Assembly: GCA_047967505.1 (NCBI GenBank) | Contig: CM106538.1 | Source of the DNA: Dipteris shenzhenensis | Lineage: Eukaryota | Length of the DNA: 64,000 nt | Strand: one strand, 5' to 3' | Notes under the pieces: model-generated | Told to the model about the DNA's origin: nothing | Databases searched by the model: none | What the model saw: the letters and a program-made list of their open reading frames with translations, nothing else | Program-made: the position numbers and the translations under genes | In this document: piece by piece, positions 27,001 to 37,803 of the stretch | Position numbering within the stretch: the stretch's first letter is position 1 | Layout of the letters: every line of letters starts with the position of its first letter

Positions 27001-30000
27001 TAAGTCCGAAGGGCATTACCAAAAACTCATAATGACCAAACCTGCTCCTAAAAGCGGTTTTATGCACATCCTCGGCTCTGATACCAAATGTAAAACAAAT
27101 TTGCCTTTCTCTTCTCTACAGATCACGGGAGTAGCACCTTTCGTTTCCACCCAGCCAATTCTGCCAAGTCTTCAAGCAAGAGAGAGAGAGAGCGATATCG
27201 AAATTACCTAAATCCACACATTCTTCCATTCTCTCACTAGTCTTGACAGACCCCATATCCCTAGATAGATCTAGATGCCACATGTCATCCATATAGGGCC
27301 TTCCTAATGCAACATTTCACCCCTCTCTTGGGATGCATTTAATTCCTTGCCCCTAGGCACAATCTTTGCACTAGGCCCTTGGTCTCAGATCTATCTAGTC
27401 TGGTGCTATCAGCCCTCACCTAGGACCTTGACATTAATCCCTCCCGATCATTTACATAAAGCGCAAACACATATATTACAAAAATAGATCCTATAAGGGA
27501 AATGTCGACTGATTCTTCCGAGGTCATGCTACCTCGGCTAGAGCGTAACATGACTGTGGCAAGGAATCCAATTTTCTTTGCCTGCACCAAGTAGATTGAA
27601 TTATGTTAGAGAGGCTTCATATAGGGGAGACATGACAATGTCGCTTTTTTTTTTTTGGCAAAGAAAGGAACCTTCTATTAATAATTGAAAAACTTTCATA
27701 CAAAATATCAGCCCTGAAGGTGCTGAGTATGGAAAAATTTGATTAAGGCTGAAAGAAAAAACCAGCCTATTCCAAAGAAACCCAGCTCACTGCTTAGGGG
27801 ATCTCTGGTACAGGGCTAACAACCAAGTGGGGGGACTATACAACCAATGAATACCTCGCGGAGTGAATGTGTAGAAAACTCTTGTAGGCCAAGCCTTGCA
27901 GAAACGTGCGCGCGTCGCAACAGTCGCCCTAGCTCCCAGGTGGAGGGCAAGGTGTAAACGATATCCTGTTGGATGGCGACCAAGGTAGCCGAGGGTGGCA
28001 CCTGATGCATGACATTGGTTAGTACCTCCCACACGCTATCCTCCGAAGGGGAATGAGGATCCGGGCTAGCAAGAGGAATTGCCTCGCGGAGTTGTATCCT
28101 CTGAATGCTTTGACCTTGTATCCGGTAAGCTGGAAAGACCTCATCACTCTGGGATGCATGTCCTCCCTTAGTCAACTAGGCCACCATCCCTTAGGTGTAG
28201 TTCCTTTGAAGGCTTTGCATGCAGGTCAAAATCTTGAGGGCTCCCATCCAAATCCTCACCGCGCTACGAGTAGCAGTGACACTGCCCCTCCAGCGGCATT
28301 TGCTCCAACCAAGGGCATGGGCAAGCCTCCATGGGTCATAGAGAAACGATAGGGTTTGCAGTGGAGCGATAAAAAAGTAGACAATACTCAGACACAACCA
28401 AAGAACGGAACTCAGAAAACATAGTGCCTGTCGGTAATATGAAAAACTGAATACAAGAACCTCAAGCTTTCGTGTCTCAAGGACCGTGGCTGAGGTGAAT
28501 CAGAAAGATGATTCCATGTAGAGAAACAGTAGGAAATATAGCAACAGAGGGAGCGTAACGCAGTCCTCCGTGTAGCTTGATGATGATGAAGATAAGGAGC
28601 AGATCTAGAGCAGGAGGGGACAGATCTGGAGCAGAGGAGTAGAAGAGACAGATCTGGAGGAGGATGGGACAGATCTGGAGCAGAAGGGACAGAGCTGAAG
28701 CAGAGGAGCAGATCTGGAGCAGAGGAGCAGAAGTTGGGGCAGATCTGGAGGAGAAGATGGAGCAGCCAGGAGGCAGGAAGGAGAGGCAGAGAGAAGGCAG
28801 CAGACAGGAGGCAGAGAGGAGCAGAACTGAAGAGGAGAGGTAGAAGTGGAGCAGGCGGGGCTGCAGCAAAGCATGGAGGAGAAGAGGAGCAGCTGCAGGT
28901 CCTGTCCTGTCTGAAGGAGTGTGAGGGCTTGTGCTTTTATAGGCTAGACCTAGTTGGTCGGCCAGCAGGTCGGTGGGCCTGCCAGCTGGTCGGCTAGACC
29001 AGCTGGTCTTTCTGGCCACTTGTTTGGCTGAGGTGGCTGGCCTTTTGGCTGGCCTGTGAGCTGTATTCAGTTAGGGATGGGAGTAGAAGATGGAGTTCTC
29101 TCCCTTAGTGCGCAGCGGAATGAAGAGGAAACTGATATGTTCATAGGAGTGATGCTCCCTGTACCTATGGCCTCCATGAAGAAGCAGGATCTTTAGATCA
29201 CCAGAGATCTGGGGTCTTTAGCTCACCATGGCTCTGATACCATATAGAGAAACGATAGGGTTTGCAGTGGAGCGATCAAAAAGTAGACAATACTCAGACA
29301 CAACCGAAGAACGGAACTGAGAAAACATAGTGCCTGTCGGTAATATGAAAAACTGAATACAAGAACCTCAAGCTGTCGTGTCTCAAGGACCGTGGCTGAG
29401 GTGAATCAGAAAGATGATTCCATGTAGAGAAACAGTAGGAAATATAGCAGCAGAGGGAGCGTAACGCAGTCCTCCGTGTAGCTTGATGATGATGAAGATA
29501 AGGAGCAGATCTGGAGCAGGAGGGGACAGATCTGGAGCAGGAGGGGACAGATCTGGAGCAGAGGAGCAAAAGAGACAGATCTGGAGGAGGATGGGACAGA
29601 TCTGGAGCATAAGGGACAGAGCTGAAGCAGAGGAGCAGATCTGGAGCAGAGGAGGAGAAGTTGGGGCAGATCTGGAGGAGAAGATGGAGCAGCTAGGAGG
29701 CAGGAAGGAGAGGCAGAGAGAAGGCAGCAGCCAGGAGGCAGAGAGGAGCAGAACTGAAGAGGAGAGGTAGAAGTGGAGCAGGCGGGGCTGCAGCAAAGCA
29801 TGGAGGAGAAGAGGAGCAGCTGCAGGTCCTGTCCTGTCTGAAGGAGTGTGAGGGCTTGTGCTTTTATAGGCCAGACCTAGCTGGTCGGCCAGCTGGTCGG
29901 TGGGCCTGCCAGCTGGTCGGTGTGCCTGCCAGCTGGTCGGCCAGACCAGCTGGTCTTTCTGGCCACTTGTTTGGCTGAGGTGGCTGGCCTTTTGGCTGGC

Positions 30001-33000
30001 CTGTGAGCTGTTAGATTGCCCCAGAAATTGGGGATTGTTAGTTGCTTAATATGGGTGACCAGCCTAAAGAAGTAGGAGATCTTCCTTGGCCGCAAACTGG
30101 ACCAATGGCGAGTCCAAAACCTGGAACGGACCTCGTGTGGCACCCTCTGGGCCACCCAATGCCTCTCCCTAGAAGGGGTCCAGTCAAAGTGTCGATCTGG
30201 AGCCTCTTGCCAACCTCAGAGGTATAATAAAAGAAGGGCACCTTGTCCACCCGCTCTGTGAGGCCGACCTTGGAAGGTTGCTGATCTATTTACCAAGGCA
30301 CTATGCAAATAAAAGTTTGAAGCTTTTTGCAAAGCTTTAGGCCTATTTTCTTTCGCTGATTGATCCATTTTCTTTGTACATGACACTACTAGGGGGATCT
30401 GCTAGATTATGAATAGTGTGGTGAACACACCCTTGGGACACTTTTTTCTCCAATTAGGAGATTTCCCCCCCTAGGGTTAGTATTAGGGTTAGTTTCCTTT
30501 GTACATGACACTACAAGGGGGTTCTGCTAGATTATGAATAGTGTGGTGAACACACTCTTGGGACACTTTTTCCTCCAATTAGAAGATTTCCCCCCCTAGG
30601 GTTAGTTTCCTTTGTAGAGGATACATTCCTCATTTTGGCTATTCTTTGTAATAGAACTCTTGCATTCTTAATACAACTCTAAATTTCGGTATTCTCCTCT
30701 CACTCCGAGACCCAACACTCGTGTCGGACAATATGCAAGGTCACTGAGAACCTTATGTTGGAATGGTCACCTCCCCATTTGTAAGCCCCATATGAGGAGA
30801 GCATGGGGGAGGGAGACCTAGGGGAGTACCCCACAGAAAAAGAGAGAAAGGGACTGCCACATGCACAGCATCATGGCTGTCATGTGGGCAGCACATCTAG
30901 AGAAGGTGAGGAGTGGCTGCATGATGGTGACACATGGCGGCTGACCTCAGCAGCAGTACGGATGAGTACGGCGCTGCACACGTGGCTGGAGATAGCCTGG
31001 CAGAGGGCAGAACCAGCACGACAGAAGGGGCAGAGGTGGAGGCTATGGTGGGCCAGCCACCTGGTTATAGATATGCCCAAGAGTAGGGCCAAATGGGGGC
31101 TGCCCTTGGGGCCAAGCAGCAGCCCAAAAGAGCCCAGCAATAGCCCTTATATAGGGCAGTAAAGTCGGCCCAGGAGGGGCCAGAAAAGGCGGCCAGGGGG
31201 GGGGCAGGAAGTACCAACCAGGTCGGCCGGATCTAGGGGCCTGGGTCGGCAGGTTTTCCCAGCCCCTTAGGGCCTATAAAAGCAGAGGCTCTTGGCCTCA
31301 TTCTACATCATCTGGAGCAGCAGAGCCTCAGCAGACTGGAGCAGCAGATCAGCACCTATAGGGCCTACATCCAGGAGGTGTATAGGAGGCTGAAGTGCTA
31401 CAGACAAGCTGAGTTAAGGCTGCACACCTAGGTTGACATCCAGGGCAGCAAGGTGTAGAAATCAAGTCACGGTGACCAAGTCTACTGAAGCTCGACAAGG
31501 AGCACGCAGGATCGAGTCTAGAGATAGCCAGCAGATAGGAGAAGTACCTTGTGGTAAGATCAGAGGACCACACCATTGGTGGGACTCTGGATCTATCTCT
31601 TTTGTATCGTGTCCATAGCTTTGGACGGAAATATATTATTTTGGTGGTTTCTCTATCTGGTTGGTTCATTGTCTATTGATGAGTCTGCGCATCTATTCTA
31701 TGCACATAAGTTGAAGAAGTTTGTGATTCCACACCCCACATCACACTGTGTGAGCTCCTGGGCATTACTATCAGTCTTCTGCTGTGCGTACCCTTTGTTG
31801 GGTAATTTCTAACACCTTAGTGATAATGCACTTCAATATTCTTTCTTTTGGCATGAAATGCTGGATTCTTTGCTAGTGAATGCTGCTCATATTATCGAAA
31901 TAGAGCACTGTTGGTTCTTTGGAAAGAACTGCTGCATATCTTATATTGGTTGATCCTTTGTATTCTGTTTTTGTTGATGATAAGGTAACTGTTGGTTCCT
32001 TCTTGCTTTGCTAAGAATAAAGCTGCTGAACCAAGGCTGAGATTGTATCCCCTTGTACATCTTATATCATCTACGTTGTCTACCCAATCAGCATCAAGGT
32101 ATTTGTGAAAATCAACAAGCCGCGGAGCTCTTATATCTCCTCCTTGTGTTTAGGTTCGTGATTGAGGGTCCTGGTCAGTGTTATCATCTTTCAATCCATA
32201 ATCTCATGTATCTTTCAAGTACTTGAGGACTTTTTTAGCTGATTTAAAATGAGTCTTTTTGGAATCATGCATAAATTGACTAAGACACCGAGAGAATAAG
32301 GGATATCTGGCCTTGTCATAGTAAAATAAATGAGGCTTCCAATGAGATGTCAATGCATACGAGGATCTATATCAAAAGACGTGTCATGTGCTGACAGTTC
32401 AATACTGCTTTCTAGTAGTGTAGGGAGTGATTAAATGAAACTATGAAGAACTTATATTTGCCTATGTGATCATGATGCTATTGTCATCTCTCCATATTTC
32501 TATGCTGAGAAAATAATGGAGTCTTCCCATATCGTTCATGTCAAACTCTAATGTGAGTTTACCTTTGACTTGTGAGATAAGATGTCCATTAGAAGCTGAG
32601 TCCGATGGTTAGAATCCCATTGCAAAAAAGTGGTGGTTTTCTGGCAACTAGGCCTTGCTAGATAGGCCTTTTGACGTCGTGCATATCTTTTTGCCATTAC
32701 TTCTGCTCATCCATGGTCTCTCTACTTTGCTTATCATTTTGCCTTAGGTTGATTGGCACTATGCCTTAAAGAAAATCAAATCTGAGGTGTAAAACACTTA
32801 AACTCATTCAACAAGAAGAGAAATAACGCTTTTTGTGTCTCATATTTGTAACCTTAGAATACTTTTTTATTGTTTCAATTGTCACGACTCATTACTTTAA
32901 ACTGATAAAAGGTATCTTCCTGGTGCTACGCAGGATTCAGGCGTTGATATTGTCTCCTACTAGAGAGCTTGCAGCTCAAACCGAGAAAGTGATTCTAGCT

Positions 33001-34897
33001 ATTGGTGGGTTCATTAATATTCAGGCTCATGCTTGCATTGGTGGCAAGAATATTGGTGAAGATATCCGAAAGTTGGAGAATGGTGTCCATGTCGTTTCAG
33101 GAACCCCAGGAAGAGTATATGACATGATAAAGAGGAGGACATTGCGAACAAGGGCTATAAAGCTTCTAATCCTTGTAAGAGATGTGTGGTGACCGTTGTG
33201 AATACGCTCATGGGTTTCTTGAGACGGCGTGTTTTGAAAAATCTGATCTATTCTTTAACTCCTGGTTAATTTCTTCTTCTCCGGTGTTGCATTTCTTCAA
33301 CTAGCTACTTGTCTAGTAACTTATTGGAGTTCTTCGTATTACACAAGTTAAAATAGCACTGTTGTGTGGGAATGAGATGATGACTCAAATTAGCCTTTAG
33401 TGCTCGTCTTTGTGGTGACCGAGAGTCTATGAAAAAGTCTGTGTATATGGATATATGCAAGCTTTACACAAAGTATGCCTAGTATTATGAATTGTGAACT
33501 ATATAGCATGTCGCTTTGTGAGCAGTGAGGTTAGAGCCCTGCATGCTTTTGTCTATGAGCTTCAGTCAGATAGTATTCCTGATGTTCTCATGAAATTTTG
33601 GATTGGGTTTGAATTTTATGCTTGTTTGGTGATGCAGGACGAGTCAGATGAAATGTTAAGCCGAGGTTTTAAGGATCAGATTTACGATGTATATCGATAT
33701 CTTCCACCAGAACTTCAGGTAGGGTACATGCAAAACCTTTTGTTGCTATCTAGATCCCAGCCTTTCAACTTGGTGACTGCCAATGCATCAGCCATCTTAT
33801 TATCAGGCTACTTGCAATTTGTAGGTGGTACTTGTATCTGCAACACTGCCCCACGAGATCCTGGAAATCACCAGCAAGTTCATGACTGATCCTGTCCGCA
33901 TCCTTGTGAAGCGTGATGAGCTGACTCTTGAGGTGGCATCACGTTATAATGGCACTCTTTTTAAAGTTTCAATGGCATTTTTTTGTAGATTGAGGCCATG
34001 CTTTTGTTAATGTGCTATGTTCATTTGCATTTGGCAGGGGATTAAACAATTTTTTGTAGCTGTTGAACGTGAAGAATGGAAGTTCGACACTCTCTGTGAT
34101 CTTTACGATACTCTTACTATTACACAAGCTGTTATCTTTTGCAATACAAAGAGGAAGGTGAGGTTATTTTCCATATTTATGGTGTCATAATTTTTGTCAT
34201 AGTCGCCAAAAAGCACACAAGAGTCTATAGAGGGATGGGCATGTAATTGATGCGATCTTTTAATCCTCTCTGAAGATTTTGTTGTGAGTGTTGGTACACA
34301 TGTTTTTTTTGGAGTATCAGGTAGACTGGCTCACAGAAAAGATGCGGAGCCACAATTTTACAGTCTCCTCTATGCATGGAGAAATGCCTCAGAAGGAACG
34401 TGATACAATTATGTCAGAATTCCGTAATGGAAATACACGAGTGTTGATTACGACAGATGTTTGGGCTCGTGGTCTAGATGTACAACAAGTAAGTGAACCT
34501 TTATTAGCTTCATCTATTATGAGGCATCTTTTCATTTTCTCAACATTGCTAAGTAGCGGAGGGGTCTTTGATATGGGTCATGTGAAGGTTTCTTTGGTCA
34601 TTAATTATGATCTTCCAAACAATCGTGAGCTATACATACATCGTATTGGTCGATCTGGTCGATTTGGGCGAAAGGTACGTGTTTTTGGTCTTCTTGAGCA
34701 GCAATATCTATTTACTTTTCTTTTCAATTATTTAAAATGCCTAGCAGATAGAGACAATGATTACGTGCTTGTAAATGTATCAGGGTGTTGCCATCAACTT
34801 TGTACGAAGTGACGATATAAGAATCCTTCGGGACATTGAGCAGTACTACAGCACACAGATTGATGAAATGCCCATGAATGTTGCTGATCTGATCTAA
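21082..34897 (+). CDS. eIF4A3: Eukaryotic initiation factor 4A-III (DEAD-box RNA helicase, exon junction complex core), 8 exons: 21082-21386, 32934-33174, 33638-33718, 33825-33932, 34038-34157, 34321-34488, 34588-34674, 34784-34897
   Basis: All introns are GT-AG and the phases are consistent; 1224 nt = 407 aa + TAA. Motifs [38 protein letters not shown] (typical of plant eIF4A-III), [24 protein letters not shown]-terminus [13 protein letters not shown]. Confidence 0.97.
22528..23234. mobile_element. Non-autonomous hAT-type MITE (707 bp)
   Basis: Perfect 8-bp TSD GTCTAGTG (22520-22527, 23235-23242); imperfect 12-bp TIR catagtcaccag / catagttgccag; subterminal AAACGG-like motifs inverted at both ends. 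Confidence 0.88.
24155..27550 (-). mobile_element. Young, internally deleted Ty3/Gypsy chromovirus; 462-bp LTRs 24155-24616 and 27089-27550, TSD TGACT
   Basis: LTRs differ at only 2 positions seen by eye; TSD TGACT at 24150-24154 and 27551-27555; PBS TGGTATCAGAGC 27075-27086; PPT GAAGAGGGAAGGAA next to the 3' LTR. Confidence 0.97.
24629..27067 (-). CDS. Truncated Gypsy pol frame: RT C-half, RNase H, integrase, chromodomain (no gag, protease or RT N-terminus)
   Basis: Uninterrupted 812-codon frame: [39 protein letters not shown] zinc finger, [24 protein letters not shown], chromodomain [21 protein letters not shown]. The track starts it at GTG, so translation is doubtful. Confidence 0.85.
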   Translation of the reverse strand: MHKTAFRSRFGHYEFLVMPFGLTNAPATFVMLMNDLLRPYIEKFVVHFIDDILIFSKSVTEHHEHLRIVFSTLRKASLYVNKKKTILCMVRLEYLGFIITPQGVEMDPKKVAAILTWPIPQSLTALRSFLGFVQFYRRHIKGYSGIVSPLTDLTSDKVPFIWGQNQQESFNTIKQAVVTGPVLKIVDPQKPLFLETDASGIAVGAVLLQEGRPVAFESKKLSPSQRNWPTHELELYAVIHALKTWRHYLYGSEFYVDVDHDTLKHFCKQPDLRGRQARWAELMQEFNLTIRYRRGKDNKVADALSRIMHNLSFTVLESALMTEIRETQKVDEFVQSLWPKAHVLKPGESEKDDLASRKGQTYARYTIRDGMLVRNGKVVVPGQNDLRQRVIRQCHDSPCAGHPGVEKTYDLVKRDFFWPKMKKHIHEYVTRCFSCKVSKAERVKPPGLLQPLEIPLSKWESISMDFIVGLPATQGGYNSILVVVDRLTKMAHFIPTRESVSAPQVADLFFRHIFRLHGLPRSIVSDRDVRFTGHFWTAVFETLRTELGMSSGDHPETDGQTERVNQTLEDMLRAYVSLRQHTWDKWLPLLEFAYNDRKHSSTGFSPFELNYGYRPANPTIVGVPQKVPSAANFVVQMREMLALARANIRQAMDRAKVYADENRSIRVFEEGEKVFLRIPSHSKSLTSGECAKLSPRYCGPWLILKRIGSVAYKLELPQGCKVHPVFHVSRLKKFLHTGDSLIEGVVLFQEIEDIARRKPTRILDRGTMQIRNRKIPTVLVAWHGQPLSEATWESVYQLRRVFPDFIIEDANV
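27645..28338 (-). mobile_element. L1-type LINE 3' end fragment with poly(A) tail
   Basis: T12 at 27645-27656 followed by aaggaaccttctatta, shared with the LINE 3' end at ~53589 and in part with that at 35069; W-rich C-terminal ORF2-like coding remnants. Confidence 0.7.
28339..30270 (-). mobile_element. Collapsed LTR retrotransposon: long 5' LTR (~29245-30270), PBS, ~165 bp internal sequence, and the last ~725 bp of the 3' LTR (28339-29064)
   Basis: 28339-29064 is a near-identical direct repeat of 29245-30011; PBS gctctgatacca at 29231-29242; internal AGATCTGGAG repeat array; TATA-like ctataaaag on the minus strand. Confidence 0.8.
30756..31814 (+). mobile_element. Solo LTR (1059 bp) with TSD CCTTA
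   Basis: Starts TGTTGGAA and ends TTCTAACA; CCTTA at 30751-30755 and 31815-31819; GC-rich U3-like region with cctataaaag at ~31273. Confidence 0.9.
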
Positions 34898-35068
34898 ACA
34901 GACATTGAGGTTTGTCCTTCATAAATTGCTAGGCAACTTTTGTGAAGAATATTCTTTATTTTCTGGAAAGCATTGACTAGCATCTTTCCTTTTAAAGATG
35001 ATTAAGGAAAATGACTGAGTGTCTTTAAAGCCAAGGAAAATGACTGAGTGTCTTTAAAGCCCACTTTC

Positions 35069-35528
35069 TTTTTTTGCAAAAAGAGACTTCTATTAAGTAT
35101 TAAAGAAAAACCGTTAGAGCAAGCTCCATACGGGAAAGGGGAAGTGTGAAAGATGCTGAGTATCCGAGCAATCCCTTTCCAAACAGTCCTCGCCTGACTG
35201 CAGTCCCAAAGGCAATGTCGCACTGACTCCTCTGCAGAATGACAACGAGGACAAGTGGGATCAGCCCCAAATCGTGATCTCCACAGGTTCACTGCAATCC
35301 CTCCATGAATAGAAAGCCAAAAGAAAACAGTGATCTTTCTATTTCTGAGGGATTTCCAGAGCCTCCTCCAGAAATTTCTACGCAAATCCCCGGTGATGAA
35401 GAAGCTTTCCCAATGGGGGGCTCTGGAGGGAATCGAACCCCTACTGTTCGGCTGAAATCTCCTGGCATTACCAACCGTGAAACGAAAGAAGGGAATCCCC
35501 CTCTCTCGGTGCCCATGATCTATCCACA
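35069..35528 (-). mobile_element. 5'-truncated LINE (460 bp, zf-RVT region) with 15-bp TSD, just downstream of the eIF4A3 stop codon
   Basis: TSD ttaaagcccactttc at 35054-35068 and 35529-35543; short T-run at the left end; ORF with WRRLWK..KITVFFW..CPRCHSAEESVRHCLWDC. Confidence 0.9.
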
Positions 35529-37656
35529 TTAAAGCCCACTTTCAGCCTAGGAAGTTTTGTATTTTCGCTTGAGACCTATGTTCCTTATTGGTCAAGTCGT
35601 CCACTTGTTCCCTGTTCCTCTACTGCTATACTTTCACCGTTGCACGGTTATACCTGTGATCCTTGGTCGTCACGTCTGGTGGTCTGGCATTATGTACGGT
35701 TGTTGGGCAGATGCAATGCCCCTTATGTACACCCCATTCTAAATGAAAAGGTGAGAGTTTGTAAGAAGTACCCTAATGCTATTTGTTGTGTGAGTGGTTA
35801 GATTTCATCTATGATTTGTTTCTGTTCTATGCATCATAGCCTCAGGGATATTTCACTGGGCCCTCTTTTCAAGTGTATATTATGTCCATTCTGAGGATGT
35901 CTCTAAATGCTTTGTTGAAATTTTCCTGCCGTGGTTCAGTTTCCTCATGTTTTAGTGACACTCAACAACATTTAGTAAGACATTACTAGACATGCTTTTA
36001 CTCGATGCTGTATGCAATTGCTCCTCAAACCTATTACTAGAAAATGCCTTTACACAATGTTATACAACGCTGTATTTACTTTTTCCTCTCCTCTTGCTTG
36101 CTTTGGTACCTCTATGGAGGCATTGTCCATACACGTAAGATGCCAGACTGAAACAATATTTAAATGTCACTTGTTTGGGATTTCCTTTAACATCCGACTA
36201 CATAGCATATGTAGTCCTTGCTTTGCATCGTGAAAGGTAAGTTTGATCCCTAATGAAGCGTCTCCCTTTTTTGGCTGCCTTTGTACCTTTGACTCGAGGT
36301 TGGTGGGTATGCTTTGTAATATTAGCTTGTATTTTTGTAATGGAACTTGGGAAATTTTTTACAATGGCATTGTGTAATAGCTGGCATGTGTCTTCTGTGG
36401 GGAGGGAATCTCCCATGCTTGCAAGGTTTTTCCTGGAATCTACTAACTGAGGAAACTTGCCCTAACTATTCTTAGTGTGTGAGGGATTATCATGAGCTTG
36501 AAACTGCAATTTCTGTTATGATTTTTGGCATATAATAGATTTGTTTATATATGTCTGGCCAGGTTTGCGCCTTGTCAGCTTCACAAACCAGAATACAGCT
36601 ACGTGGTGTTTGCTCTGTACAATGTTCCTCAATAGTGTCTCTGGCACTGATCCACTACCACACGTCTTGGATAAAAGAACAGCTATATGAAGACATTAGG
36701 ATTTTCCAAATGGCAAGAGCATCATCGACAAAGAGGGACATGGGTGTTGCTATTCTAAGCTATGAGCCTGTAAAAGTGACTTTGAATCACTCTTCTTTGG
36801 CTACATGTGAAGGCATTTGATATTTGCCAGCTTGAGTTTGGGACTTGTTTATCACAAGTCAGTTGTTAAAGAGTGTTAAAGATTGATCTTTGATGTTGAC
36901 AAGATGTATTGAGAAGATTATTCATATATCAACCAGTTTTCTCTGATTAATTGCTCCTAGCATATATTATTGTCATGTGTTCTGATGGATTGGTGGAGGT
37001 TTTGATAGGAAATTGTTTCCTTGCATGCACGAATATGCTGATGAGTGGAATTGTTCACATTACAATTTCTGCTTCACAAGCCCCTCCCGCCTTTCCTTCC
37101 CTCAATGCACAGGACCGTTTATAACCTGAACATATGCAAGGTTTTATACAAGGCAATTATGGATGGATTGACATGAGACAATCTGCAATGCTAGCATGCT
37201 TGTGGATGAGAGAACCAAGCTGTTATACCAAATATGGTGCTACTTGTAACACTATTATCAAATTTAGTATTTTGAGAAGACCATTGAGAATGTGACCACT
37301 GCTGAAGCAAAGTCAATGGAAGTGTTTCTAGATAGCACGGGATTTGATGTTTTGCATGATTTTCCAAATTTAATCTAGAAGTGCGTGTTGTGGTGACTAT
37401 ATGTTGACCCTTGTCCAGTTTTTGAATTTTCATCTATGTAGGGGACACATTGGTATTTGTAGCGTTTTCTAATCACTGTTTGCTTATACATGTATACTAT
37501 GTATATGCATGTATAGGGGTGCACACATTTGCACACTTTATGCATGTAGCTATGCATGCACATTTACACGTGCGATGCGCACATGCACATGCACAAGCAC
37601 CAGGACCATGCAAAATTAGAAGCAAATGAGGATAGATGCTCCTGCACAAAGCATAT

Positions 37657-37803
37657 ATTGTCAGCTAACATTAATTTTTGAGGTGGGGTGGGGCTAACTA
37701 ATGCTAATCAAATTTTCGTTTTTTTTACATTGTCAGCTAACATTAATTTCTGAGGGGGGGGTGGGGCTAACTAATACTAATCTGATTTTCCATTTTTTCA
37801 CAT
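37657..37803. repeat. Tandem duplication of a ~72-bp unit
   Basis: attgtcagctaacattaatt..gagg(g/t)ggggtggggctaactaat(g/a)ctaatc..ttttc occurs twice in tandem. Confidence 0.85.

Larger units (their letters stand above)
21832..30632 (+). mobile_element. Highly decayed Copia element with ~110-bp LTRs inside eIF4A3 intron 1; host to nested insertions
   Basis: 5' LTR tgttagattatgag..ccctaaaca (21832-21942) then PBS-like tggtattaagcc. RNase H remnants [24 protein letters not shown] (23900-24050), ARNPIF (27556+), VADLFTKAL (30276+). PPT agggggatc, and 3' LTR present as a tandem duplicate (30400 and 30525). No convincing TSD. Confidence 0.75.

Noticed and set aside
28590-28760. Short repeats with variable spacers resembling a CRISPR array
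   Set aside because: Repeats are ~10-13 bp with short related spacers, in a eukaryotic LTR, with no cas genes.
28477-29801. Several repetitive ORFs (LLQIC.., CSRS..)
   Set aside because: They arise from the AGATCTGGAG repeat array inside LTRs and are open in multiple frames on both strands.
35557-37563. Short ORFs downstream of eIF4A3
   Set aside because: No recognisable motifs or consistent exon chain; treated as 3' flank or intergenic.
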